A DNA stretch of 61,276 nt, counting the filler, from Globobulimina sp. (taxonomy: Eukaryota): the NCBI GenBank assembly GCA_003354225.1. It is 19 parts of 19 records of this genome, joined end to end, with 100 filler letters (N's around TTAATTAATTAA, not from the genome) between each part and the next. Parts side by side here need not be neighbours in the genome. Positions count along the whole stretch, not along the records: positions 22,623 to 25,753 come from PIVH01003640.1; positions 25,854 to 28,983 come from PIVH01003641.1; positions 29,084 to 32,213 come from PIVH01003642.1; positions 32,314 to 35,443 come from PIVH01003643.1; 15 more parts are not named here. One strand, 5' to 3'. Below are positions 23,979 through 35,543 of the stretch, piece by piece. Each line of letters starts with the position of its first letter. Position 1 is the first letter of the stretch. The notes beneath the pieces were generated by a model. That model did no database searches. It was not told the origin of the DNA and saw nothing but the letters and a program-made list of their open reading frames with translations. Both the position numbers and the translations under genes were made by a program.

Positions 23979-25278
23979 ATGGCTTCTTTTTGGAGATGTT
24001 GGCCGGAGTCAGGCGATGAAGATGTTGATCAAATAAAGTTAGAATTATCCGACACTAAAGATAAATTACGAGAGGCCAAAAAAGAAATTGCCAGACTCAA
24101 ATTTGAAAAAATCACATTAATCAATAAAACCAGTATACCCATATCCACTGCATCCAATTCGCTTCACCGCGATGATATACCTGATATTAATTACTCCCAT
24201 CCCATACCAAATGTAAGTATACAATTAATCCTTGCACATGCCACATACCACCAACATAAAACAAATCCATCAGTTCGAATATAGTGACGCAACAATGATC
24301 ATCCATCCTGAAAATACAGCAACACAAGGCTCTGCATTGGAGAAATTGGAAGAAAAAGTCATGGAAAAATTTGAAAGAAAAACAGGAATAAAATTAAAAT
24401 ATCAAATATTAGCCGAAAATGATTCGGAATATGATGATGATGACGAATTAGAACAAAAATATAAACAACAAGTCAATGAAACGAATGAATTAATGAAGGA
24501 ATTGGATCGATTAACAATTGTAATGCAACAAACTGAAAATGCCAAAAATAGAGAAATTGATGCATTAAAAAATGAAATTTTACAATTAAACGAAAAACAA
24601 AAGTCCGGAATAAAAACACGTATGAAAACAGAATCGTTTTCAAAGTCCGTAGATCGAGATATTGCGGATATAGATTCTGACGATTCAGAGAATTATGAGG
24701 ATGATTTACAGAAAGAAACTACGAAAAAAACTAAGCAAAATCACTACGATAACACTGCGGAGCAAATTGAGATATTAAATAATGAGATTTTACGCAATAA
24801 TTCGTTAACATTATTGTCTGACGAGTTGGATATTAACGGTACGGGCGAGGATAAAGGGATAATATTATTTGTTCAAAAATATGTAAAATCAAAAACAGTG
24901 AATCAAATATTTACTAAATCACCCAATGCAGACTCTGATTGCATTGCAAATGCAACCGGATTGGTGAATGTGTTGTCGTTTGTGACTATATTGTATAAAG
25001 TGAAAGTGTTTCATGTCAAATATGGCAATTCGGGAAAGAATAAGAATCCAAAAATTGACAATGCTGAGATTAAAAATGCGGTGAAATATTTGGCTATTTG
25101 GATTGTACGGACTTATGGGAATAAAACAGGAGATAAATATTTTGATGGCAACACAAGAAAAGAATATGATATTTATAATTTTAAATTGAGCAAACACGAT
25201 TTTCAGAAGCATATGCACCAATATTTTAAAGAATTTCTTCAAAATAAAGCAAAACATATCGACTCTCACTGTGATTAG
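23979..25278 (+). CDS. Coiled-coil protein with unnamed C-terminal domain, 2 exons
   Basis: Intron 24213-24273 (GTAAGT..CAG) joins the ORFs in phase 0; C-terminal domain resembles that of 12950-14797. Confidence 0.75.
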
Positions 25279-25853
25279 TTATTCAGCTCTATTGTTATTA
25301 TTTGTTATTCAGCTCTTGTTTTTTATCTTTGATAATTTCATTTTATACTATATATATTTACTTTTTTCTCAACGTACACAAAGCAACAATGAAGTGTGAA
25401 AAATGTGGTTTCCAGTAATTTCAGAAAAATAAGTTGCAAAAAAATCGAGTTAATTAATGAGTTATAAATTAATGACTAAAATTAGAAATGCAAAATTAAC
25501 TAAGTACGGAGAAAAAACAAAAAAATAATAACTCAATACAAAAATAAAACAAAATAGGAAAAAATAATCTCAAATTTTTTTGCCATTCAGTTTCGCATTC
25601 ATACTAATACATAAACTAAAGTAAATAAAATAAAACGAAAAAGGTACAGGAGGAGAAAAAAAAATTACTAAAACAATATTCAAAAAAAAAAAAAAAGAAA
25701 AAGACACCACACAACACAGTAAGGAAAAATAAACATCTTATAAAATAAAATACNNNNNNNNNNNNNNNNNNNNNNNNNNNNNNNNNNNNNNNNNNNNTTA
25801 ATTAATTAANNNNNNNNNNNNNNNNNNNNNNNNNNNNNNNNNNNNNNNNNNNN

Positions 25854-26436
25854 CATTTAGTTCTTTCGTGATGTTTAAAATTTGTGTTGTTTTTATTTTT
25901 ATTTTTTTATTTATTTCACTGTAAGAACAATTTGCATGTTTTAAATATATATCAGAGATGTGTAAATTCAATAAAATCCATTGATAAATTTCATAAAAAT
26001 CTGGATCACATTTCATTAAATTATCATCATTTAACTTTTCGTTGTTTTGTATTTTGTTTATTTTTTCTCGTTTTTTGGAGGTTATTGATTTTGGACAAAA
26101 CTTGAGAAATAAGGCCGGGGAATGGCGGTATAATAACTGCCATGAATATGAATAATTAAACATTATGGATAGTATTTGTGATACCATGTCAATTAATATA
26201 GGTCGACGTCGTTTATTAATTTCATTTGAAGAAATGGTATATTTAGTAAGATATGATGAAAATGATGATGTATTCGTTGCTTTTAATTGCTCATTCATTT
26301 CACACAAATGTTTTGTTTCATATTCCAGTTCGATTTGTTTTATTTCTGCGTGGTTGGCTACAATTTCTTCTTGTTTTAAAGAATATTGTTGTTCAACGCG
26401 CTGCAACTCACTCTCCGATATCGATAAAACATTCAT
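25854..26436 (-). CDS. Hypothetical protein fragment (coiled-coil start), 3'-truncated
   Basis: About 194 open codons to the contig edge; preceded by a TTTATAG acceptor-like site, so it may be an internal exon. Confidence 0.45.
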
Positions 26437-26444
26437 TCTATAAA

Positions 26445-27224
26445 ATGACTGAAGTGAAGAGTGAAGAGGATGACATCAAAGAAACTGTTCCGATCACTCT
26501 ACCAACATCGCAAACATTGTCATCATTGAAAGTATTATTTATTCATGGTGGAGGTTGGGGCGCCAATAGAGACCTTTCTAAACAACCATTTGCAACATAT
26601 TTGCAATCACATTTTGACAGCACGCATATAGAAAATATGAAAAATACTGGCTTATTTGAGAAATGTATTCGCCAACAAACAGCAGCTATTATAAAATATA
26701 AACCTCATTTAATTGTTTGCAAATCGCAGGGTGGTCCCACTTTATTTCAATTGTTACACAGGAAAATATGGAATGGGCCATCAGTGCTATGCTGTCCTGC
26801 TATAGTTCCTGGGATTGATGATGTTAAATTGGTGGCAGACGTTCCATTTTTAATTGTGAGTGGATCCAATGACGTCGCAGTTCCATTATCGCGCATTGAT
26901 TATATTATGCAGGAAAATAAAGTATATGCGAATAATAATACAGTTCAAAAGTGTATTGTTGAGGATGATCATGGATTAAATACGCTGTTAGATGATGAAC
27001 AATGCCCTCATAACAATCTGTATAATCAAATTGAGAAATGTTGGAATATGTATCTCAGTATGGATGTAAATAAAAGACTGGAGATTGGAAAGTTTGCTGC
27101 AGATAAAATGCCTAAATATGACACAAATGCTGAAAATGATACTGATTGGTTCAGGAAAGAAACAAAAAGCAATCAAAACAATATTAATGGAGGCAATGCA
27201 TGTTGTTCTTGTAACATTTTGTGA
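26445..27224 (+). CDS. Alpha/beta hydrolase with C-terminal CaaX motif
   Basis: LFIHG, nucleophile elbow CKSQGG, SGSND, DDH; ends ACCSCNIL*. Likely ATG at 26445. Confidence 0.8.
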   Translation: MTEVKSEEDDIKETVPITLPTSQTLSSLKVLFIHGGGWGANRDLSKQPFATYLQSHFDSTHIENMKNTGLFEKCIRQQTAAIIKYKPHLIVCKSQGGPTLFQLLHRKIWNGPSVLCCPAIVPGIDDVKLVADVPFLIVSGSNDVAVPLSRIDYIMQENKVYANNNTVQKCIVEDDHGLNTLLDDEQCPHNNLYNQIEKCWNMYLSMDVNKRLEIGKFAADKMPKYDTNAENDTDWFRKETKSNQNNINGGNACCSCNIL

Positions 27225-27333
27225 TATTAAATAGTAACCTTTTGCTTATGAGCGAAAACTTTACTTTGTTTGAAGCAGAAACAATGACAAACATTTGAAG
27301 CAGTGGTGTTTCAAAATAGCAATACTTTTAGCA

Positions 27334-28983
27334 ATGAATGAAGAATTCGAAACACCAATGTCATTGTCACCCAACAACGGAAACAGTTGTTTGACATTAG
27401 ACGACTATAAATACGGTGGCATGGCCGAAATGACCCACATGTGCGACACATTACCGTCTCCATCCCAGCCAACAAATGATTTCATAGCTTCCATCTCGAA
27501 TGATTTACATAATAAGTTTGAAGATGTCGACCTAGATTGCGATAATTACATTACATACGAACAGTTCTTAGACGTCATTGGCGAATTTTATATATCCTCC
27601 TCCTCCTATATTGTTGATGATGGATACGTTATCATTTGGAATAAGATGCTAATTGAACAAAACTACCATTATGATTATAATAATGATATGTTATACATCC
27701 CCTTCATCCTAAAATATATGAAGCAATTCCTCATACAGTCCATCAACAAATTGAATATAAATCGAGCCAGCATACATAATCTAAATGCTTTTCATGATGA
27801 AATATTGTCCTTGTCATTAAAATTAATTTATTGCAGCAGTACTAACGACATTGCTAACACAGTGACCTGTGCCTCATTTGCATCTCGATCTGAATCGGGA
27901 TATTGCCACAACCCCAAAAGTGATCATATATTGATTCAAAAAGCCATCAAATCCTTTATCAAATTGGCCAATAACTTCCCGATAATTACGAAAGAGAAAC
28001 AGTTAATGGCTCCCATCAATGTGACTGAACAAATAGAGGATGATTTGTATGGTTATGCGCATGCGGATGGTTGTGATGTGAATGATTATCTAAATTTGAT
28101 GAATAATTTGATGGCAGCTCCCAAAGCCTTGAAAATGAGGGTGAAAAAGAAAAAATCTGTCAATCGTAAACGATATAATTTAGTATCCATCGACAATGAC
28201 AATCAACCGTTGTCGAGCCAAAGTGTGTCAGGTTCTGACAATGACGAATTCCAATTTGATGAATCTGAGTTTGATGAGATTGATATCGATGGAATAGAAT
28301 TGAATGAGATTTACAATCAGCACAAGAATAAGATATTCGATAAATATATTGTACAAAATCTAAGCATGAAACAGCTGATGAATGCATATCAAGTGAGCGT
28401 CATTGAAAAACAGAAAAGGGAGTTAATACTGCGAGCCATCACTGTTTTTGATTCGGCCACGCATAAAAATGCTCCAATTTATATGGAAATATCTAAAATT
28501 AACAGCTATCTAAAACAGCGTGGATTAACTGATAAAGACATAAAAATAGCATATGAATGCAGCGCTGCTTCGTTTGAGAAGAAAACAAATTTAAAATTAA
28601 CAAATAGTCCATGCAATAACGACGAAAGCAACGCAGAAAACAAAACAGAAAGCAACCCGGACATAATACAGATGAAGAGAAGGAATTCTTTGTTGGTTAA
28701 TAACGATTTGTTTTATATCAAGAAAAATAACAAAAACAATGCAAATGCAAAGGAAATCTGTGTGACAAAGACGTTCATCATTTGTCTAACATTGGTAATA
28801 TTATTCATAACCTTTCATTTTGGCATTGCGCAGATATTGACAGCAAAGTTGTACGTTGACAGTGATATTAATGTCGATGATATTGATTGGAATTATTTAG
28901 TTATGGTTGAAAATAATAAATGGTATTCATATATTTCTTTTCATTCGAATGATTGGACGCATTTATTATTTTTTATATTGTTT
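27334..28983 (+). CDS. EF-hand + Pex14-N-like + TM protein, 3'-truncated
   Basis: EF-hand FEDVDLDCDNYITYEQF; RELILRAITVF...NAP...KINSYLKQRGLTDKDIKIAY resembles Pex14_N; hydrophobic segments near the C-terminus. Confidence 0.65.
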
Positions 28984-29088
28984 NNNNNNNNNNNNNNNNN
29001 NNNNNNNNNNNNNNNNNNNNNNNNNNNTTAATTAATTAANNNNNNNNNNNNNNNNNNNNNNNNNNNNNNNNNNNNNNNNNNNNGGAAT

Positions 29089-29249
29089 TAATATTTGTTT
29101 TCCAGTTTTTGTAATATTATATGCATAATATTACTCTCCGTAATATTTCGATCGAATATTACAGCTCTAATATTATAATATCGGATTTTTATAATATTAC
29201 TATGGTAATATTACGTTCCATCTGATATGTAATATTAGGCATGTAATAC
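29089..29249. repeat. Cluster of about 10 palindromic (G)TAATATT(AC) motifs
   Basis: Copies near 29089, 29111, 29126, 29140, 29154, 29168, 29192, 29205 (perfect GTAATATTAC) and 29229, with dissimilar spacers; at the contig edge. Confidence 0.75.
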
Positions 29250-29598
29250 ATGCAAAAATCTTGACTTGCTGTTTTGTTTGTAGTCACTATTCTCTCAGTA
29301 AGAGTCTGCCCTTCACGTCATCAATACACAAACTCTCGAACCTTTTTTAATGATTGCAAACTGTCCCACCATTTCACGTACATCGGAATGTGACAGAGCA
29401 CAGTAGCTAGGTTTGTACATAATATTTGTTTTGGTTTCCCATGAATACGCAGATGTGATGAATGTAATGAATTATTTTTTGCCACATGCATTTTATGACA
29501 CATGTATGACGCTGTATATGATTATCAACCATGGATCAGATGCGTATGACATGTACAGTCATCAGTGGAAGTTGCACAATACATTTACAGAAACAGCA

Positions 29599-29761
29599 AA
29601 CGTCAAATACACTAGAGTGATTTGCGGAAATTTTGCCAAATGTACATTTTTTTGAATCTATATGACATTTTTTTGCATTAGTGTGAATTTGAAACGCATT
29701 AATCCAAAAAAATGTACATTTGGCAAACATTTCCGCAAGTCACTCTAGTGTATTTGACGTT
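29599..29761. mobile_element. MITE-like foldback element, about 59-bp arms
   Basis: Left arm AACGTCAAATACACTAGAGTGATTTGCGGAAATTTTGCCAAATGTACATTTTTTTG is the near-perfect reverse complement of the right arm ending TCACTCTAGTGTATTTGACGTT; about 44-nt spacer; no clear TSD. Confidence 0.75.
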
Positions 29762-30737
29762 AAGTGCACAAATCAATTCGATTGAATTGCATCACAAATT
29801 TTCTCCAAGAAAAAAAGCATACTCAAAATCAATGTCAACTAGATGAAGAACGGCTCGTCACAATTGACACACACACGCGCATTTGGTTCAACGGTGATGG
29901 AATCACAATCAACCAAACACACATAGTCGATCATATCAATCAACACAGAAGAAACAAGAAAATAATCATCAAATTCGCATTTCGGTGGAAAATATCATGC
30001 GATCATTGAAAAGAATCGCTATTTTACGCATAAATTCGCTATATATGTTTCAAAAACACTCGGCGACTGGGAGATTATACACACGTACATTAGAAGAACA
30101 CAGCAATTAAAACCCATCAGATCGATTTGGTGCTGTATACACCATCCATATTAGGTTTGTCAATTCTTGCATTGCATTCCGTCCTTAATTGTAGAAACAG
30201 TGTCTGTTATGTGCGGAGTTTAAGCATGTCTCATTCTGTATAACTTACGGGAAACACTTGATGTTGAAAGTTAAAATCTTCAACTATTAAAAACATCGGA
30301 TTTCTGCGGACTTGTTTGTCGACAATTATAAATATATTGGAGTGTATGTATACAGAAATGCAATACACGCAACATATTTATTTACAGCACAAAAAACTGC
30401 ATTTAATTCTTCACAGATATGATAGATAGACACTAAAAATGAATAACAAATAATGAAAACAATAGGTGCAAGCAAACACGCAAATTAACCCAGTCACAAC
30501 AACAACACACTTACATGTCGCACAATTCGAATGGTTCAGAAATTCACTCACACAATTAAGATATCTTTCATCTCCAGTGTCGTATGCTGCAACTCTGGCA
30601 TATTCAATGCCACCATCAGTGATTGTGCTCGTTCCCTCCGCCCAATTTCGGCATTATATGTTTCATATTTAAGCTGGATCTAATCTAAACTGATAAAGTG
30701 GTAAATATGAAAATCGAATTAAACATCCAAACAACTG

Positions 30738-31766
30738 CTACTCGGACAAAAACGCATTCAAACCTTCTTCAATTTGTGGCATATTCAGTTTAGCAAAATC
30801 ATACCCTTTCTTATACAACTCATCACTGATGCGCATATCTCCCCAAAGCCAGTAATCTGAAAACTTGAATGAATCCCGCAAACATACGTTCAAATTATAC
30901 ACCACATTCCCATTTGGCAATACTTTCTTTGTCACCAAATCCTCTTTGCCCATACTGCAATTTACATACAAAATACGGCAACTTTCTTTCTTGCAATTGG
31001 TCGCTGTAATAATACTTCTGTCACCCATCATCTGAGCAAATGCTCCATCGATACATTTATTCCCATTTATTTTCGAATAAAACCACTTTGATACCAGGAA
31101 GGGAAGGCACGCTGTGGCTATCATACTCTCAGCAAGATACTCACGCTTGAATTCCATGGAATAATTAACATTTGATAAATATTCGTCACCCCAGATATTC
31201 ACAGAGGTAACCCACATAATCCATTGATTATTTTCCAGCCAACGAGGCACACAATTCTGTTCTTTGCACCATTTGGTCACTCGATTATGATAATCATATG
31301 ACAAACCATGTATGACATTTGAGGTTGTGAACAAAGCCCCCAACCATCTTTGACTTGCAGCTTTCGGGACTGTAGACCATCCATTGGCATACCAATAATC
31401 CATGTCCCGACAACCGTACACAGTAGCAATGGAGTATCCTGCAGTGGCTGCACCACCTGAAATTCCCTCAAACGTGCATTTGTCACGAAACAATTCAAGA
31501 CCAAAATTCTCCAGAATGGCCTTCATTATCCCCATTTGATAGCTTGCAAGATTACCTGATGCTCCGAAAACGATTCTGTGCTTAAATAAGCTTTTGAGTT
31601 TGATTTGATGCCTTAATGATCTCTTTCTCAGTTTTCTCATTTTACGCTGTATCAACTTGTAACATACTACGATAACCAACAATGCAAACAGTATTCGTTT
31701 TGTAATCCTCAATTTTTTAATCAACCGTCGTATTTTAGCTGCTTGTAATTGATACATGTGTGCCAT
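30738..31766 (-). CDS. Patatin-like phospholipase (PNPLA-like)
   Basis: N-terminal TM; GASGNLASYQMG (oxyanion region), EGISGGA (GxSxG), ATACLPF, CIDGA. Confidence 0.8.
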   Translation of the reverse strand: MAHMYQLQAAKIRRLIKKLRITKRILFALLVIVVCYKLIQRKMRKLRKRSLRHQIKLKSLFKHRIVFGASGNLASYQMGIMKAILENFGLELFRDKCTFEGISGGAATAGYSIATVYGCRDMDYWYANGWSTVPKAASQRWLGALFTTSNVIHGLSYDYHNRVTKWCKEQNCVPRWLENNQWIMWVTSVNIWGDEYLSNVNYSMEFKREYLAESMIATACLPFLVSKWFYSKINGNKCIDGAFAQMMGDRSIITATNCKKESCRILYVNCSMGKEDLVTKKVLPNGNVVYNLNVCLRDSFKFSDYWLWGDMRISDELYKKGYDFAKLNMPQIEEGLNAFLSE

Positions 31767-32313
31767 TTTTAAGTCACAATTTGTTGATTGACAGTGGATT
31801 GTCTATTTTTAGCGATTATGTTATTTCACTTGTATAAAATGTGATTATTTTTATTTGCGCGTTTCAATCTTTTAGTTTCATCGTTGAGAGCCGGGATCAT
31901 GTTAATGCTGTCTGCACGCGTTGAGTATGCCATGATGTGTTGTTTTTAGTCAAAACTTTAAAGTTAATTCAGCACATAAATAATACAATACAACCTGATC
32001 ATAAATCAGAAAGTACATATGTGCGTGGTTTGTGATTTCTTGAAATTACAGTCAATTCCTTTCCGTTTCCGAAATTCCGACTGCAGCATGCCCGAACATT
32101 TTGATAATTATAACCACGCCAATGTCGACGTGAATATGACATGACTGTGAAATATCCTTGATGATCAGTGCTTTCAAGTTGAAATTTAATTTTGGGGAAG
32201 CATTTGAATTCGGNNNNNNNNNNNNNNNNNNNNNNNNNNNNNNNNNNNNNNNNNNNNTTAATTAATTAANNNNNNNNNNNNNNNNNNNNNNNNNNNNNNN
32301 NNNNNNNNNNNNN

Positions 32314-34599
32314 ATAGTGACATAAATAGTAAATAAAATAAATAAATAATAGTAAAATAATCGGGACATACGCAGTTATGGTATAATTTAAATATAATAT
32401 TTCGACTGATTTCCAATGTTGTTTATGAAATAAATAATTATAATCAAATGAGAATAAATTAGGCAAATATTGTGGTGCAATAAACCATTGCCACAGTAAT
32501 GAGAAATAATAATTTGAATCTGGGCAATTTATAAAACCAAAAATAAAAAAGAAAAATATGGATAATATCGCCAAAATTAAATAAGAAAGCATTAATTTGA
32601 GAACAGGCCATAACAAACCGATAACAAATAATGGCCACAAATCAATATCAAATGTATAAATAAAAAATTCAATCCATAATAATGAATCAAACATAGATCG
32701 AAACACAATCACTGTGAAGACAGTAATTAATGTTATTTGACATGAAATATTCATACCATTTATCTCATTATCAGATTGTGAAAATAACAATTCATACCAC
32801 ATAAATACTAAATATAACCAACGATAAAATAGAAATACAATAAAAAGTAATGTAAATTCAGTGCCACAGATATTGCTAAATGCCTCCGTTAATATAACCA
32901 AATATTTATACAATAAATAGAACATTTTACACAAAATTATGCTGCCACACATTATAAAATAGGGTACAAAGCAAATAGTGATATAATTTAAGAAAATAGT
33001 TTCGACACAATTCCATTTCTTCAGATTGAATGCAAAAGAAAAGGACCAATGGTTATGAAATAAATATTTTGCTGCAACAAACCATTGCCATATTATCTGT
33101 GGTGTTTTCTGTACTTTTGAATCTGAACAATGTCCCCAAATAATACCGACCGATAAAAATAAAAATACAGTACCAAATAGAAAATAAAATAAAAATAATT
33201 TGAATAAACACCAACACAGAGACACGACTGCAATCAATCCGTTTCTACCTAGACATTTCCGACATGAATTGAATGATATCTTCAATTTTTTGGACAGCAT
33301 TTTTATATTTTGTTTGACATTTTTTTTATTTTTTTTATGCTTTTTTATGTCAATGTCACTTTGTTCATTTTTATCGCTTATAACTTGATTATAATCATTA
33401 TCCATATTATAATCTGGAAATATAATATATTTCCCACAGAGTGTCTTTAAACCGCCTCGCAAAAATGGATTAAATATGTTATGTATTTTACTAAAATACA
33501 TAAAAAATTCAACACCAACAATGGGACAACATACTGCATCAAAAAGTGCATGAAATATCATGATAATAAATACCGAAAACAACACAATATCACAGCTAAC
33601 AGATGACGAAGACACTGAGTCAAACATTGAATTTTTACCAAAGAAGAACACGGACCACATACAGGTCAGATATACAAATCTAAAAACAATAATTGGTATC
33701 AAAATGATGTAAAACTGCTTAAAATGCTTCCATGTTTTGAGTATAAATTTGCTGAAAATTGTTTTTAGGTTTAACAAAATATGACGAATCAATGCAAAAC
33801 CAAATAGTAAGCCGATAAGAAATAAATACGGCAGGTAAGACATTATGAAATAGTTACAATATATGATAGGAAATGAAGTCCAATCTGTCCAATTAAATAC
33901 AAATTTTATTCTCCATTGGCCGGTAAAAATATGAATGATATATTTCCAACCAATAAACCATTGGAAGAATATATTTGGTGTTGATTTTATGCTATTATCG
34001 TCACAAAGAATCCATGGGATGAAAAATAATAAGATACAGAAAAATATTCCATATAATATATAGGATAAAAACAGTGCTATCAAAGGCCAAAATTGCATGA
34101 AAAACACATGATGAGATTTAAAAGGGATAAGTTTATAATACACACTCAGGAAAGTGAATATTGGTATGATTTGGGTGTCTAATGAATCAATGATGGAACG
34201 GCATAGAAATATTAAGTAAATTAGGAATAGTGTACATTGGCAGGCTGCAGAGGGTGGTGTGGAGGATGAGGCATTGATAAAACGCAAATAAGCTATGATT
34301 AATAGGTTTAAATAAATAAAGCGAAATAATGTGATGATGATTAATATGAATGGTAGAAAGCGTTTGATATTTAAATAATTTTTAATTTTTATGGCCCATT
34401 CTTCCTTGTATATGGATAGTAGCAATGAGTTACGTGTTGATAAACTTAATTTAGATTTTTCCTTTTTTTCGGTTGATTGACCAGTTCGTTTGAACCAATA
34501 ATTTTTCACTTTTGCAGGGATGGTTTTCAGTGTTAATAGTTGTTTCATGTTTGCACCAATTTCCAACTCGTTACCTTTTAAAGGTTCATCTTCCGCCAT
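32314..34599 (-). CDS. Polytopic membrane protein with three internal repeats, 3'-truncated
   Basis: About 762 open codons, highly hydrophobic; FR(F/W)xYL, C(x)DS/CDD, QWF and NY(F/I/T)(I/T) motifs each recur three times. Confidence 0.8.
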
Positions 34600-34725
34600 G
34601 CTTTAGTAGTAAGGTGTGTTTTTTTTTAGTTGGTGTATAAAACGATCACAGACGTCACTGTTTTCAGCGGCATAATAAATCTAAATAAAATATATTAAAC
34701 AAGAAATCAAATGAGACAAAAAAGT

Positions 34726-35212
34726 TTATTGTTTATTGCAAATCGTGACTTTGGCATATATTTTGTCCTTTGTTTCATTTTTTGTTTTTGGACAAGAATT
34801 TACTTTATAAACTACTTTATGCTGTTGCTGTAATTTGTTTATTGCTGCTTTTAATTTAGGTATATCTTCAATATCCATTTTAGAACAAAATTCTAAAGTG
34901 TAATTATAACATTTTGCAACATTTTGTTTCATTAATTCTGCAATATTTGCAATATCATGTTTAATGCGGGAAACATAAGTTGATGGCAACACCAATGTCA
35001 AATCATTATTAAATTTTGCATCTTTGATGGCATTTTGTAATGCTTTTAAAAGTGATACTTTTCGATTGCAAATATGAAACCAATCATCATTTTTGAATAC
35101 TTGTAAATATTGCAAATTTTTGATATTATTAAATATATTTTTAAAAAAATCAACATTATCACAACCTAGTGGGGTACAAGACCCTGTAACCCTTGGGAAA
35201 AACGTTATGCGA
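34726..35212 (-). CDS. Terminal exon of a hypothetical protein
   Basis: Frame open from an acceptor-like CTCGCAG at 35213 to the stop at 34726; no convincing upstream exon. Confidence 0.35.
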
Positions 35213-35543
35213 CTGCGAGTGCAAAGATAAAAATTAAAAACTGAAAGTAAGTACTAACTCAAAAACTTCAAAATTGAATGGCTGTTATCTTTCCCAAAAA
35301 ATAAGCAGGCAAATTCTTAATGCTAATTCCATCCATGTAGGTTAGTGAAGTACTTTGTGTAAAAATATAAAGCAGTTTAAAGGACCTTTTTCTGTCTTTT
35401 CTTTTTTTTTTTTTTTTCCAAATAAATGCAAGTAGCTCCATATNNNNNNNNNNNNNNNNNNNNNNNNNNNNNNNNNNNNNNNNNNNNTTAATTAATTAAN
35501 NNNNNNNNNNNNNNNNNNNNNNNNNNNNNNNNNNNNNNNNNNN

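Noticed and set aside
25380-25753. A-rich tract as a retroelement tail
   Set aside because: Looks like a T-rich 3' region of an opposite-strand gene; no TSD or element body.
29089-29249. CRISPR array
   Set aside because: The repeat is only 8-10 bp with irregular spacing.
30505-30655. Isolated minus-strand exon (CRNWAEGTSTITDGGIEYARV...)
   Set aside because: Has a GTAAGT donor but is preceded by stops and has no partner exons.
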